A stretch of DNA of 64,000 nt from a virus (lineage: Duplodnaviria > Caudoviricetes), in IMG/VR virus record IMGVR_UViG_3300015245_000006, positions 648-64,647 of that record; one strand, 5' to 3'. Within the stretch, counting starts at the first letter, position 1; every line of letters begins with the position of its first letter. Positions 1-9,112 of this stretch are shown in pieces. The notes under the pieces are model-generated. The model saw nothing but the letters and a program-made list of their open reading frames with translations, did no database searches and was not told the DNA's origin. The position numbers and the translations under genes are program-made.

Positions 1-320
1 GTACCGACCGGCGCCGGCTCCATCTGTTCGGAGAAGTAGCTCACGTTGTCGCTGAGACCAAGGAAGTGTTTCTTGTACTGATCCTGTCCAGTCTTGCATG
101 TGACAGTGAGCTTTTTTTCCGTCTGTTCTTGCGAACACAGTCCCTCAATCGTCATCATGTAGTCGTTCGTGATGCCGTTATAGAACACGATCCGCCGCGT
201 GATCTTGAAATTGTCGGCAGCCTGAGAGAGGTTATACGAAGCGACCTGCGCATCGTTGGAGCACGCAGCTAGGGCCGCGGCCGAAACGCACGCAAACGTA
301 AATGCCTTAAGATTGATCAT
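1..320 (-). CDS. conserved phage lipoprotein (partial, runs off left edge)
   Basis: Read manually: MINLKAFTFACVSAAALAACSNDAQVASYNLSQAADNFKITRRIVFYNGIT...; lipobox LAAC; RBS AGAGGA. Confidence 0.8.
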   Translation of the reverse strand, partial: MINLKAFTFACVSAAALAACSNDAQVASYNLSQAADNFKITRRIVFYNGITNDYMMTIEGLCSQEQTEKKLTVTCKTGQDQYKKHFLGLSDNVSYFSEQMEPAPVG

Positions 321-335
321 AGTATCCTCTTGGTT

Positions 336-716
336 TCACCTGTTCTTCAGGAAGACGTTGAGCTGTGCCACCATGGCCTGAGTCTCTTTCGCCATCCTGG
401 ATGCATTGTAGTCCGCGTCGGTCCGCTTCATCTCGTGATGCTTCATGAGAAGGTTACGAACCTGCTTCACGCCATCCGTGGTGATGATATGCTGGCCCGG
501 CGGGAGGCGCATAATATCCGGTCGCGGGGTCGGTTCCGGATCGGCATCCGGTTCGGTCTTTTTGGTTTCAGGCTTGTCGTCGCCAAGCGTCTTATTCAAG
601 AGAATGCTGACGAAGACGATGACGAAGAAGCTGACGACGTCAAGCTTGCCTTCGAGCCACGCGAAGATCAAGCATGCGCCGATGGTATAACCGATTATCC
701 GCGACCGGATGCTCAT
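336..716 (-). CDS. membrane protein (2 TM)
   Basis: MSIRSRIIGYTIGACLIFAW...; ATGA overlap with upstream stop. Confidence 0.7.
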   Translation of the reverse strand: MSIRSRIIGYTIGACLIFAWLEGKLDVVSFFVIVFVSILLNKTLGDDKPETKKTEPDADPEPTPRPDIMRLPPGQHIITTDGVKQVRNLLMKHHEMKRTDADYNASRMAKETQAMVAQLNVFLKNR

Positions 717-1078
717 TGCTTGCCTTCGTGCAGCGCGATGATGCCGGTGACAACTTCGTCGGCGCCGTCGCCGCCGGTCTCCTCCTGCCATTCCTTCACG
801 CTCAACATGACCTCCTTGGCGGCGTCGGCGAGCTTGCCGAAACCCTCGACGGAGGTGGCGAGCCTGACCAGCTTGCGCGACACGATACGTTCGTGCTGGC
901 GCGACTCGGAGAGTTGCTCCTTGAGTGCGGCCACTTGATCTTGCAGGCGAATGATCTCCCGATGATCAAGCTCCGCTTGCGCGCGCAGTTCGGCGTGCTC
1001 TTCGTGCATGGCGCGCATATCGGCGAGCGCCTGGGCGTGGCGATCTACCGGCGCGATGACTGGCAGTCTCTCGTTCAT
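713..1078 (-). CDS. coiled-coil hypothetical protein
   Basis: MNERLPVIAP...; ATGA coupling at both ends. Confidence 0.7.
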   Translation of the reverse strand: MNERLPVIAPVDRHAQALADMRAMHEEHAELRAQAELDHREIIRLQDQVAALKEQLSESRQHERIVSRKLVRLATSVEGFGKLADAAKEVMLSVKEWQEETGGDGADEVVTGIIALHEGKQ

Positions 1079-1497
1079 GGGGCGTCTCCCTTCATCTTGA
1101 CATCTGCAAGCGCGAACACGATGCCGCGGCAATAGTCCGTGCCATCCTCCTTGATGATGAAGGTGGCGTGCGGGATATCGGTTTCGTACCGCCACGAAAA
1201 GCCATCGGAGTTCCAGAATGCCGTGATGGTAGCGGCCTTCTCCAACAGCCTTGCGAAGTAGGGACACTCTTCTTCGTCGCAGTCGTTCTGTGGCAGGCCC
1301 TCTTTGGTGAAATAGATCTGGGTTTCATCCTGGGCGCCGACTTCATCATCGACCGCACCGCGGATCTCAGCCAGATCATCGCTGGCACCCCAGATGGCGA
1401 CCAGGCCAGCCGCCGCCATCGCCTTGAACAGTTCCTTCGATCCCTCCTTGTTATACTCGTTGCCGTTGAGCTGGTCAGCGGCTTGTTGTGGTGTCAT
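1075..1497 (-). CDS. conserved phage hypothetical protein
   Basis: MTPQQAADQL...GASDDLAEIRGAVDDE...YCRGIVF; ATGA coupling. Confidence 0.75.
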   Translation of the reverse strand: MTPQQAADQLNGNEYNKEGSKELFKAMAAAGLVAIWGASDDLAEIRGAVDDEVGAQDETQIYFTKEGLPQNDCDEEECPYFARLLEKAATITAFWNSDGFSWRYETDIPHATFIIKEDGTDYCRGIVFALADVKMKGDAP

Positions 1498-1865
1498 AGT
1501 TTCTTCCTCCGGGATGGAAACGGGCGGGATGCCCATCTCGACTTCTTGGGTTCACGCTCGTCGCGCGGTGTCAACAGGCGCGCCCTGAATGCCTCTTCGG
1601 CGTGGCTGATGCGCTTGGTCTTGGCAATCTGCGGGATATCTACCTTGGTGGTGCGATCCCGGTGTGCCCGGATAAACATCGGCTCGAGGTTCCAATGTTC
1701 GTCCGATCCGCCGTCGCGGTGATAGAGGATGTGGTTGAACTGGAACAAGCTGATGACCTGGTCGGCCGTCATCAGGCAGGCATGCTCGTAGGGGATATCG
1801 CCGAACTCGCGAAGCGCGGCGGCAAGCTTCTCCTTGAGCGGGGGCTCTTTGCGCGCTCTACCCAC
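1494..1865 (-). CDS. HNH-like nuclease (possibly degenerate)
   Basis: NHILYHRDGGSDEHWNLEPMFIRAHRDRT resembles HNH core; GTG start inferred. Confidence 0.6.
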   Translation of the reverse strand: MGRARKEPPLKEKLAAALREFGDIPYEHACLMTADQVISLFQFNHILYHRDGGSDEHWNLEPMFIRAHRDRTTKVDIPQIAKTKRISHAEEAFRARLLTPRDEREPKKSRWASRPFPSRRKKL

Positions 1866-2076
1866 GTCTGGTGTTCCCCCGGAACCGATGCACGGGCCCA
1901 CGCTTCGCGGCGTTGACCGCCTGGCGCCACTTGCGATCCGAAACCTTCGTGCCGAGCAATCGCGCGTACCAGCCGGCATGCAGCGGCCAATTGCCGATGA
2001 CTTCCATTGCGGCTTGGTTGAAGCCGCCGGCTGGCGTTCGCAACTGTTCGATGTGCTCGTGTGTGAAAATAATCAT
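1858..2076 (-). CDS. hypothetical protein
   Basis: MIIFTHEHIEQLRTPAGGF...; ATGA overlap. Confidence 0.65.
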   Translation of the reverse strand: MIIFTHEHIEQLRTPAGGFNQAAMEVIGNWPLHAGWYARLLGTKVSDRKWRQAVNAAKRGPVHRFRGNTRRG

Positions 2077-2618
2077 CGGCATCGCATCTTTTGTTGGTCG
2101 CAAGTGGTGCGGTCCCAATACATGCCAAGCTTGGAATGCGCCAAAGCTTGGCAGGCGATGGCGCCCATCCCGATCAATGCGACTCCATGTCCAGGAGCGT
2201 TGCTGAACTTTCCGTTCTTGGCCTCGCGCTCAAGGCGCGCGCGGTTTTCAACACTTGGAATGAACCTCGTTTTGCCGCGTGGAAACAAAATGCCTTCCGC
2301 ACGTGGCATCAGATCGTGCCACCAACTTGAAGACGTGTAAGCTCGCACGATCGCGATGCCGTTCGCATGGTCAAAAAATTTGACCAGCCAAGGCACGTGA
2401 CCGAACCTACCGCCGAACGGCGAGTTCATGAACACCAGTCCTTCCCATGGTTGCGAAAGTCCATCGTCGGCGATCGTGTAAATCTTGCGGGCCGGTACCC
2501 AATGTCCAGGACCTGGCGAGCAGGGATCGAGAGCGAATATAAGCCCGAGCGCCGCGAACATTTCTGGCGGCGTGTACCAGTCGTCACTTTTGCCGGTGCA
2601 GGATTCGTGTTCGGCCAT
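2073..2618 (-). CDS. phage Dam-like DNA N6-adenine methyltransferase
   Basis: SDDWYTP, LDPCS, motif IV variant VFMNSPF, RGKTRF. Confidence 0.8.
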   Translation of the reverse strand: MAEHESCTGKSDDWYTPPEMFAALGLIFALDPCSPGPGHWVPARKIYTIADDGLSQPWEGLVFMNSPFGGRFGHVPWLVKFFDHANGIAIVRAYTSSSWWHDLMPRAEGILFPRGKTRFIPSVENRARLEREAKNGKFSNAPGHGVALIGMGAIACQALAHSKLGMYWDRTTCDQQKMRCR

Positions 2619-3061
2619 CAGCGTCGCCTCATCCCTTCATAGCGCTTGTCGGCCGCAAGCTCGTTGTAGCGCTGCATCAGGTCTTCCCGATTACAGGGAA
2701 TCCATGTCGCCATCAGATTGACGGCCTTGCTCATGAAGGCATCGAACTCATCCTGCTTCATCCCGGTAACGAAGTTCATTGACTTCGGTTCGAGCTGAAT
2801 ACGTCCATCGACATCGACGCGAGTATCCGTGTAGTCAAGCTTGATCAGCGCATCCTTGCGGATCGTATCCACGGTCAGATCCATCGCGTCAGCGACGATT
2901 GATGCGAGGGAGAAAAACAAGCGGTGCTGCCTTGTGTTTCGCGCTCGCACGATCTCGGCGTAGACCTCCGTACCATCCTTGATCGCGGCCAGGGCAGCGA
3001 CCGACTCATCGTCGGTCGCCACCAAGACTGTTCCGGCCTTCTGCAGGATGATCCGGCTCAC
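2618..3061 (-). CDS. DUF1367/NinB(Orf)-like recombination accessory protein
   Basis: RARNTRQHRLFF...PKSMNFVTGMKQDEFDAF; GTGA coupling. Confidence 0.65.
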   Translation of the reverse strand: MSRIILQKAGTVLVATDDESVAALAAIKDGTEVYAEIVRARNTRQHRLFFSLASIVADAMDLTVDTIRKDALIKLDYTDTRVDVDGRIQLEPKSMNFVTGMKQDEFDAFMSKAVNLMATWIPCNREDLMQRYNELAADKRYEGMRRR

Positions 3062-3285
3062 CACCAAATGCCCTTCAACAATGCCTTTGGAGTGGTGCCG
3101 AGCGCCTTGGCGTATCGCTCCACCCCATCCAGCAAGAGGCGCTGACGCCCTATCTCGGTATTTGTCACCGAGACGCGCTTGAGGCCAACGCGCTTTGCCA
3201 GATCGTCTTGGGTAATGCCGAGCACCTCGCGGATTTGTCTGATCCGCAGGCCGACCATGGCGTGACACGGTTCGATCGGTTTCAT
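3058..3285 (-). CDS. XRE-family HTH regulator
   Basis: IRQIREVLGITQDDLAKRVGLKRVSVTNTEIG. Confidence 0.85.
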   Translation of the reverse strand: MKPIEPCHAMVGLRIRQIREVLGITQDDLAKRVGLKRVSVTNTEIGRQRLLLDGVERYAKALGTTPKALLKGIWW

Positions 3286-4295
3286 CGGTTGCTGTTCGCC
3301 TCAGTCACGCGGGTCACGTGCTTGATCGTGAGCCGCACAGCTTCTTGCCATTGTGAAGCTGGCACCTTGCCTTTCATCGGCATCATGTGCTTGTCCTGCT
3401 GCTCGCCCATCGAATGCGCGTCCTCACAGCCGCCATAGGCGTTATCGAGCGACTTCAGCCATTCGTCGATGTCGACCTCAAATTGCTGTTCCTCGACGTG
3501 CTCCTCTTCTTCCGGTGGCGATGGCGCTCGCCTCTCAACGGTGAGAGGCTTATCACCCGGGAAACCCTCCTCGGTCTTTGCCTCCTCCTTCGCGGGTTCG
3601 GCTTGGGTTTCGGGCTGCTTGGTTTCATCTGGCGGCGGCGGTGCGCGCCGGGCCGGCCGTGGCGATTCGGCTGGCGTCGGTTCCGTGTCCTCGATCTCTT
3701 CACGGAGATGGAGGCCCTTGAGCACGTCCGCGAACGCGTCGCGCAGCACCCACCTGGCGCGCATCTTCACCATGCGTTTCGGGTAGGTTATCCATGGCGT
3801 GTCCTGCCCGCTGCGCCCGCGCTTTTCCCAGATCTTCGCCGTCTTGGCATCGCCGATCGAGAATTCGCCAGTATAGACCTTGGGATGGCCCTTCCGCTTG
3901 ACGCGGCAGATGGCCGTGTAAGCGTCGGTGCCCCAAACCCCGGCGGTGGTTTCCTCGATCCATTCCATCTTGTCAGATGCATAGATCAGCGCGAGCGCTG
4001 CATCGCCCCAGATCGTCGGTTTGCCATTGATGACGGCGATCGATTGCAAGGCTTGCATCGGTGTCAAACCGATTTCCAGGCCATGCAGGATCGCCACCAT
4101 CGCCTTCGGGGTGGTTTCAAGCGTAGACGGCGCCATGCCGGCTTCGACCACGACGCGGGCGATGCGATAGGCGCCGTCGAAATCGACCGGCACGAGCGCA
4201 CGAGGCGCCGCGCCGGCCATGATCGGCACCCGCATGGGCTGGTCGACCGCCGGCAGATTCCGTGCCTGCTCGTTGTTGTTGTCCTGGTCGCTCAC
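3282..4295 (-). CDS. RecT-like single-strand annealing protein
   Basis: GLEIGLTPMQALQSIAVINGKPTIWGD...WITYPKRMVKMRAR; next to exonuclease. Confidence 0.8.
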   Translation of the reverse strand: MSDQDNNNEQARNLPAVDQPMRVPIMAGAAPRALVPVDFDGAYRIARVVVEAGMAPSTLETTPKAMVAILHGLEIGLTPMQALQSIAVINGKPTIWGDAALALIYASDKMEWIEETTAGVWGTDAYTAICRVKRKGHPKVYTGEFSIGDAKTAKIWEKRGRSGQDTPWITYPKRMVKMRARWVLRDAFADVLKGLHLREEIEDTEPTPAESPRPARRAPPPPDETKQPETQAEPAKEEAKTEEGFPGDKPLTVERRAPSPPEEEEHVEEQQFEVDIDEWLKSLDNAYGGCEDAHSMGEQQDKHMMPMKGKVPASQWQEAVRLTIKHVTRVTEANSNR

Positions 4296-4978
4296 TTCGC
4301 CTCCTTGATGGCGTCGTAGTCCTTCGAAAAGTGCACGATCGGCTCGGGCTGGAAGCCTTGATCCAACATCAGGCGGAAACAGGCTTCAGCACCACGGCAG
4401 TCCGCCAGCGCGCCGTGCAGTTGAGTTGGGTCGTAGATGATGCCCAAGAAGTTCATCAGGTCAGTGAGCTTCGGCCAGCCCTTGTTGTTGGCGCCGGCCT
4501 TGACCAGTTCTCGGCCGATCGTCTTGGCGAACGGTCGCGCCTGGCGCATCAGGCAGACGTTCGGAGTCCGCGTAAACAAATCGGCCTCCTCGTTCACGGC
4601 GCGGTGCTCCAGTTCGGCCCGCACCATCTCGCGGCGTCGCAGTTCGCCACGCATGATCTTAGTGTCGAACTGCGCGCCGAACGCGATCACGGGCAAGCGG
4701 TTGACCACGATGCGCTCGGCATACCAATCGAGCACATGCTCAACCGGAATGCCCTTTGTATCCAAAAGCTCATTCGTGATTTTGTTGACTGCGGTGGCGC
4801 CGGCTTCCATGTTCCAACCATGCGGTTGGATGTAGCGCTGATACTCCTCGATCTGCTCACCATCGTAATCGACGATGATGGCGGCAAACTCGGCCAGCCT
4901 TGGCTGGCCTTCGGCCTCTGCCGACCTCTTGTAGTCCGGCAGAGTATTGGTCTCCGTGTCGATGATCATGTAACGCAT
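4292..4978 (-). CDS. DEDDh 3'-5' exonuclease (DnaQ-like)
   Basis: IIDTET, FGAQFD, LHGALAD motifs. Confidence 0.85.
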   Translation of the reverse strand: MRYMIIDTETNTLPDYKRSAEAEGQPRLAEFAAIIVDYDGEQIEEYQRYIQPHGWNMEAGATAVNKITNELLDTKGIPVEHVLDWYAERIVVNRLPVIAFGAQFDTKIMRGELRRREMVRAELEHRAVNEEADLFTRTPNVCLMRQARPFAKTIGRELVKAGANNKGWPKLTDLMNFLGIIYDPTQLHGALADCRGAEACFRLMLDQGFQPEPIVHFSKDYDAIKEAK

Positions 4979-6126
4979 CAGATCAAGCCTTTCCTCGTTG
5001 AAACGCCAGGGACTTCACGGCCGGCGCGGACCGCTGCGAGCGCCAAGGTCTTCAGCACGAGCTGGACCTCGGGCGTGTTCTTGAAATAGCTGAACAGCAA
5101 ATCCCAATCGATCGGCTTGTCCTCGTCGAGGAAGGTCTTTTCCTCCTCCTTGAGCCTGCGTTTGCCATAAGTCGGCGTCAGCGGCGCCGGGGCTGGTGTC
5201 GGCGCCGCTGTCACCACGGGAGCCACCGGAGGGGCTTCCGTCTCGACGACAACCGGGGGGACTTCCGGTTCGCCGCGAGCTATCGCGCGATCGGCCGCGC
5301 GGTCATTCTCTTCCTGTTCGGCGCGCAATCGGTTGGCCTCGGCCGCAGCCTTGGCGTATGCCTCATCGGCAGCTTTCTTGGCCGCGGCCCATTGTTCAGC
5401 CACGATGCGCTTGCGCTCGCTCTCGCGGAATCTCAGGATCTTGGTGTTGAGCGCCTTCTCCTCGGTATCCGCGCGCGCCACCATCGGATTCCAGATGGCG
5501 TAGAGCCGCTTGTACTCGGCAAACGGCGGCTTATAGAGCGCCTCGCCATCGCGCGTGGCCGCAAGCCGCAGCTCGGCCAGCCGGTTCTTGATGCCGAGTG
5601 CCTGGCCCGCATCCGCCTCGGTCTTGATGTCGAAAACTTTGGAGACGCCGATCGCGTTGTCGATCGCCTGCTCGTGCACCTTCTCCGGCGGCAGTTCCTC
5701 CGGCGGATTGTTATCGGTCTTTGCGACCTCACGATTGGCGGCCGGGATATCGGTGCCATTCTCCATCGTCTTGGCAAGCTGTTCAGCCGGCTCATCCGGC
5801 CACGGCTTGCCGTCCTCGGCGCGAGTCTTGTAGACCGAATAGCTGATCGGATTGGCGACGATGTACGACCAAAACTCTTCGCTGGTGAGTTCGTCCGCCG
5901 TCAGCTCGCGCACCTTGAGAGGATTGTCGTAAGAGCCGATCAGACCGACGAGTTCTCCTCCATCGACCCACAGCGCCACCGCGTTCCAGCCCAACGTCTT
6001 CCACTGGCCGTTCTGAAGCTTCTGCTTGACCGGCTTGCGATAGTAGCCTTCATCATCATTGCCCGGTTGAAGGAACGTCTTCACGGCCTCGCCGGCCAGC
6101 CGCTTCTTCCAGTTATCGTAGCTCAT
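4978..6126 (-). CDS. hypothetical coiled-coil protein (Gp157-like C-terminus)
   Basis: 382 aa; helical middle; ends GREVPGV; in recombination module. Confidence 0.7.
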   Translation of the reverse strand: MSYDNWKKRLAGEAVKTFLQPGNDDEGYYRKPVKQKLQNGQWKTLGWNAVALWVDGGELVGLIGSYDNPLKVRELTADELTSEEFWSYIVANPISYSVYKTRAEDGKPWPDEPAEQLAKTMENGTDIPAANREVAKTDNNPPEELPPEKVHEQAIDNAIGVSKVFDIKTEADAGQALGIKNRLAELRLAATRDGEALYKPPFAEYKRLYAIWNPMVARADTEEKALNTKILRFRESERKRIVAEQWAAAKKAADEAYAKAAAEANRLRAEQEENDRAADRAIARGEPEVPPVVVETEAPPVAPVVTAAPTPAPAPLTPTYGKRRLKEEEKTFLDEDKPIDWDLLFSYFKNTPEVQLVLKTLALAAVRAGREVPGVSTRKGLI

Positions 6127-6302
6127 TAAAACAGGTCCCTCTGGTTGGCTTCATCAGAAAACAGACCGACGTCGCAGGGTTGCTGCGCGCGGCGTGGTTT
6201 CAACGGAGAATTGGCTCGGCGCTGCGCCATGGTGGCGTCAGATGCGCGCTCGGCGCCGGGCAGCACTGTTTGCTGCCCGGCCTCGGTGGTGTCAATGGTC
6301 AC
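6126..6302 (-). CDS. small protein ending in QRDLF (candidate beta-clamp-binding peptide)
   Basis: GTGA coupling; 22/48 identity to an internal segment of the giant protein (54977-55150). Confidence 0.75.
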   Translation of the reverse strand: MTIDTTEAGQQTVLPGAERASDATMAQRRANSPLKPRRAQQPCDVGLFSDEANQRDLF

Positions 6303-6652
6303 TGGTGCGGCATCCTGATCGAGATGCACTTGCCGGTATACTCGCCGTCGCCGACATAGGTCGAAACGTAAATGCCGGCGCCGATGATCAGATCCTCGAT
6401 CGCCTCCTCAACGCGGTTGTGCATCATTCCGGCCGGAAGAGGCACGCGCTTATCAAACTCGATATTGATCCAATGATAGGCCGTCCCCCTTCCTGCGGTA
6501 ACGCTGATCTTGACGCCCGGGCACAGCGGCGCGTTCGCGTTAGTCGCCCGCAGGAGATAGGTCTGTTCAAGCAGTTGCTTGACGCGCCGATTGCGCGCTT
6601 TCACGTCGATGGGGGTCCGTTTAAATTCGCCGTGCTCTTGAAAAGGGTTCAT
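6299..6652 (-). CDS. hypothetical protein
   Basis: MNPFQEHGEF...; coupled at both ends. Confidence 0.65.
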   Translation of the reverse strand: MNPFQEHGEFKRTPIDVKARNRRVKQLLEQTYLLRATNANAPLCPGVKISVTAGRGTAYHWINIEFDKRVPLPAGMMHNRVEEAIEDLIIGAGIYVSTYVGDGEYTGKCISIRMPHQ

Positions 6653-6822
6653 GTCCGCGCCCTCGTAAGAGTGATGTTGAAGCGGTCGCCAGAGGCCAGC
6701 TTGATCCGGATAACCGGACATCCGCTGGTGTTTTCGCTTTTGACGATTTCGGCGTTGGGGAAGTGGCCTTGCAAGCCGAGGGCGATCACCTCGGCTAGCA
6801 TTGCGCGTCTGGTATCGCTCAT
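6649..6822 (-). CDS. hypothetical protein (57 aa, below ORF-track cutoff)
   Basis: MSDTRRAMLAEVIALGLQGHFPNAEIVK...; fills the operon gap; ATGA overlap. Confidence 0.6.
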   Translation of the reverse strand: MSDTRRAMLAEVIALGLQGHFPNAEIVKSENTSGCPVIRIKLASGDRFNITLTRART

Positions 6823-6825
6823 CGC

Positions 6826-7701
6826 TCACCATCCCATCTTGGTTGCGCAGATCGGGCCGATGCCGGCATAGACCGAATGCTTGTCCGTCAGCACGCGCCC
6901 GCACACGGAACACGCGCCCATGCGCAGGCCATAAGCCTTGGCAGCCTTGTGCGGATCGGCCGCGGCCTCCAAGATGCGGCCCTGCATCGCCTCGGTGCAC
7001 TCGCGGGTGCAGACGAACTTGCCCTCGGTGATTCGCCCAAGATAGGTCGAGCCGCCATTCGTGGTCACGTAGATCGATCCGCACCACTTCGAGTTCGGTC
7101 CCGCCGGGCTGAACTTGAAGCCGTCCAGGATTAGCTTCGGCTTGCGGACGCCGCGCGAGGTGGCGAAGGTGAACGCCTCTTCGACCTTCGAGATGGAGAT
7201 TTCCGGCGCGCAGTCGAGGCGCGTCTGAGCCTCCACCTTGCGCTCGGCAGCCCGCGCAACCCCCTTCCGAATCGCTTCGAGCTGGCCGAACGTCAGCGAT
7301 CCGTACTGATGGAGCTTGCCCTGCAACGAACGAGCAAATTCGTTGGTCTCCAGATTGGCAAGCAGCCAGGCGCACTCAGCCGGATGTTCGGCCTTGAAGG
7401 TCTCAGCCATCGCCAGGGCAGCAGCCGCGGTCGCCTGCGCGATCTTGGCCTTGCGCGCGCCAGTAGCCCCGCGCGACTTGGCGCGGGCCTCCGACGACGT
7501 CTTAAAGGTCAGTTTGCCGGCACCCTTGCAATGGAAGCACCGCTGGTGACCGTGAGACGAGGGCCCATTGTAGCGACCGGTTCCCCGGCACCTCGGGCAA
7601 TCCTCGACGTATTTGGTCTCGTAGCCGTTCGCCGGCTTCACGCGCGGCGCGCCGTCGGCGGTCTTCTCGGCAGCAAAGAGATCATCCAGGGAGTCGTTCA
7701 T
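6826..7701 (-). CDS. zinc-finger / DUF6011 domain protein
   Basis: CPRCRGTG..CFHCKGAG; C-terminal CSVCGRVLTD...GIGPICA. Confidence 0.75.
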   Translation of the reverse strand: MNDSLDDLFAAEKTADGAPRVKPANGYETKYVEDCPRCRGTGRYNGPSSHGHQRCFHCKGAGKLTFKTSSEARAKSRGATGARKAKIAQATAAAALAMAETFKAEHPAECAWLLANLETNEFARSLQGKLHQYGSLTFGQLEAIRKGVARAAERKVEAQTRLDCAPEISISKVEEAFTFATSRGVRKPKLILDGFKFSPAGPNSKWCGSIYVTTNGGSTYLGRITEGKFVCTRECTEAMQGRILEAAADPHKAAKAYGLRMGACSVCGRVLTDKHSVYAGIGPICATKMGW

Positions 7702-7880
7702 TGGGCGGTCTCCTCGCATTGACGGGCCCACACGAGATCGAGCGCGCGGAAAAAGTCCTGCTCGACTTCGCGGAGGATACGGACGTCATTGCTGTTGAGT
7801 TGGCCGAGGCGGCGGTGCTGCGCGAGGCGTGCGCGGCACCAGAAGAGGTGGTTGCGGGCGTCCTGGAGGCGAGCGTTCAT
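7698..7880 (-). CDS. hypothetical protein
   Basis: 60 aa; coupled at both ends. Confidence 0.6.
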   Translation of the reverse strand: MNARLQDARNHLFWCRARLAQHRRLGQLNSNDVRILREVEQDFFRALDLVWARQCEETAQ

Positions 7881-8413
7881 CGGGCGCGCTCCTGCTCGTC
7901 CAGTTTCTCAGCCAACTCGTTGGCGCCCTTCAGGACGTCTTCCAGCGACATGCCGTAGTCGGAGATGATGTCGACGCCGTTGCCCCAGACCAAAAACACG
8001 AAGGACGAGCGCTGGCCTGCCTTGGTGACCCCCAAGGTATCGTTGCTGGTCGACGCCAGCGCCCTGAAGATCGTCGGCGCGTCCTTGGATGCCTTGACGG
8101 TATCCTCTTCGCCATCGTTGACCGTGATGGCGTAGCCAGCGGCCAGGAGGTCATAGACGGCCCGGCCGACGATCCGCTGTTCGGTGTCGGTCGCGTTCGG
8201 GATCAGCGCCAGGTCCAGCTCGCGCAGCACGACGGTGTCCATCAGCGACACAATCGAGGAAAGCCGTTCGAGGACGTTGTTCAGTTGCTTGATAGTGGGG
8301 CGAGCGGTGGAACCGCGATGGGCGTTCTCGCCGAGTTCCTTATGGGCCTCGTCCGCCAGGATGCGGATCAGGCGCAGTGCAGAGAGGGTGGTATCTTGCG
8401 ACCCTATTACCAT
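7877..8413 (-). CDS. hypothetical protein, first gene of leftward operon
   Basis: 178 aa; ...VFLVWGNGVDIISDY. Confidence 0.65.
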   Translation of the reverse strand: MVIGSQDTTLSALRLIRILADEAHKELGENAHRGSTARPTIKQLNNVLERLSSIVSLMDTVVLRELDLALIPNATDTEQRIVGRAVYDLLAAGYAITVNDGEEDTVKASKDAPTIFRALASTSNDTLGVTKAGQRSSFVFLVWGNGVDIISDYGMSLEDVLKGANELAEKLDEQERAR

Positions 8414-8560
8414 CCGAGCACCATGCTATATGTTTGATATTGCTGCGATATTATCATGTCGCTGCTCCATTGGGTTAAGCGTCAACTTAAGTGTTGACGG
8501 ACACTAATATACGCGCATATAACGTGAATGCAACTATTTTCTACAGGGCTAAAAACGTAG
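8414..8560. promoter_or_regulatory. divergent promoter/operator region
   Basis: AT-rich gap between divergent operons; TTGACG(8494-8499)-N18-TATAAC rightward; TTGCAT(8533-8528)-N16-TATATT leftward; inverted repeat CGTCAAC-N6-GTTGACG 8480-8499. Confidence 0.6.
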
Positions 8561-9112
8561 ATGCCGCGTAAGTGCAAATGTGGGGCGCCAATCGACAACG
8601 GCATGAACCGTTGTCGGCCGTGTCACGCCGACGCGGAGCGCGCACGGCGCAAGACTTGCCGGCCATCGATTGAAGAGAAACGTAAGAACCGCGCGCGCTC
8701 TGCGGCTCGCGCAGCCAGGAATCGCGGAACCCTAATTCCCCAGCCATGCTCGTGCGGTGCTGAAAGCTCTGAGATGCATCACGAGGACTATTCCAAACCG
8801 TTGGAAGTGAAGTGGTTTTGCCGCAAGTGCCATGTGGCGTTGCATTACCCGGCACATGCTCGAAAGCACAAAAGGATCAAATCGATGAAGTTGGGCGCGT
8901 GGATGGAGCGCAATTTTTGGACGACAGACATGTTTGCCGAGAAAGTTGCTGCCGAACTGAACAGAAGCACTTTTTCGCCTCGGACGGTCGAGGCTTGGAG
9001 GCAAGGCCGCGCAATCCCACGGTACCGGATGCTGCCCGTGATCTCGAAAATCACGAACGGAGAGGTAACGGGGGACGATTTTGTTTCACATGAAACGAAA
9101 GGTACTTTGTAA
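8561..9112 (+). CDS. HNH-like zinc-binding domain fused to Cro-like HTH
   Basis: HHEDYSKPLEVKWFCRKCH; C-terminal SPRTVEAWRQGRAIP...ITNGEVTGDDF; internal ATG 8885 with AAGGA. Confidence 0.7.
   Translation: MPRKCKCGAPIDNGMNRCRPCHADAERARRKTCRPSIEEKRKNRARSAARAARNRGTLIPQPCSCGAESSEMHHEDYSKPLEVKWFCRKCHVALHYPAHARKHKRIKSMKLGAWMERNFWTTDMFAEKVAAELNRSTFSPRTVEAWRQGRAIPRYRMLPVISKITNGEVTGDDFVSHETKGTL

Noticed and set aside
8475-8490. CtrA-box-like TTAA...TTAA
   Set aside because: Spacer is 8 nt, not the canonical 7.
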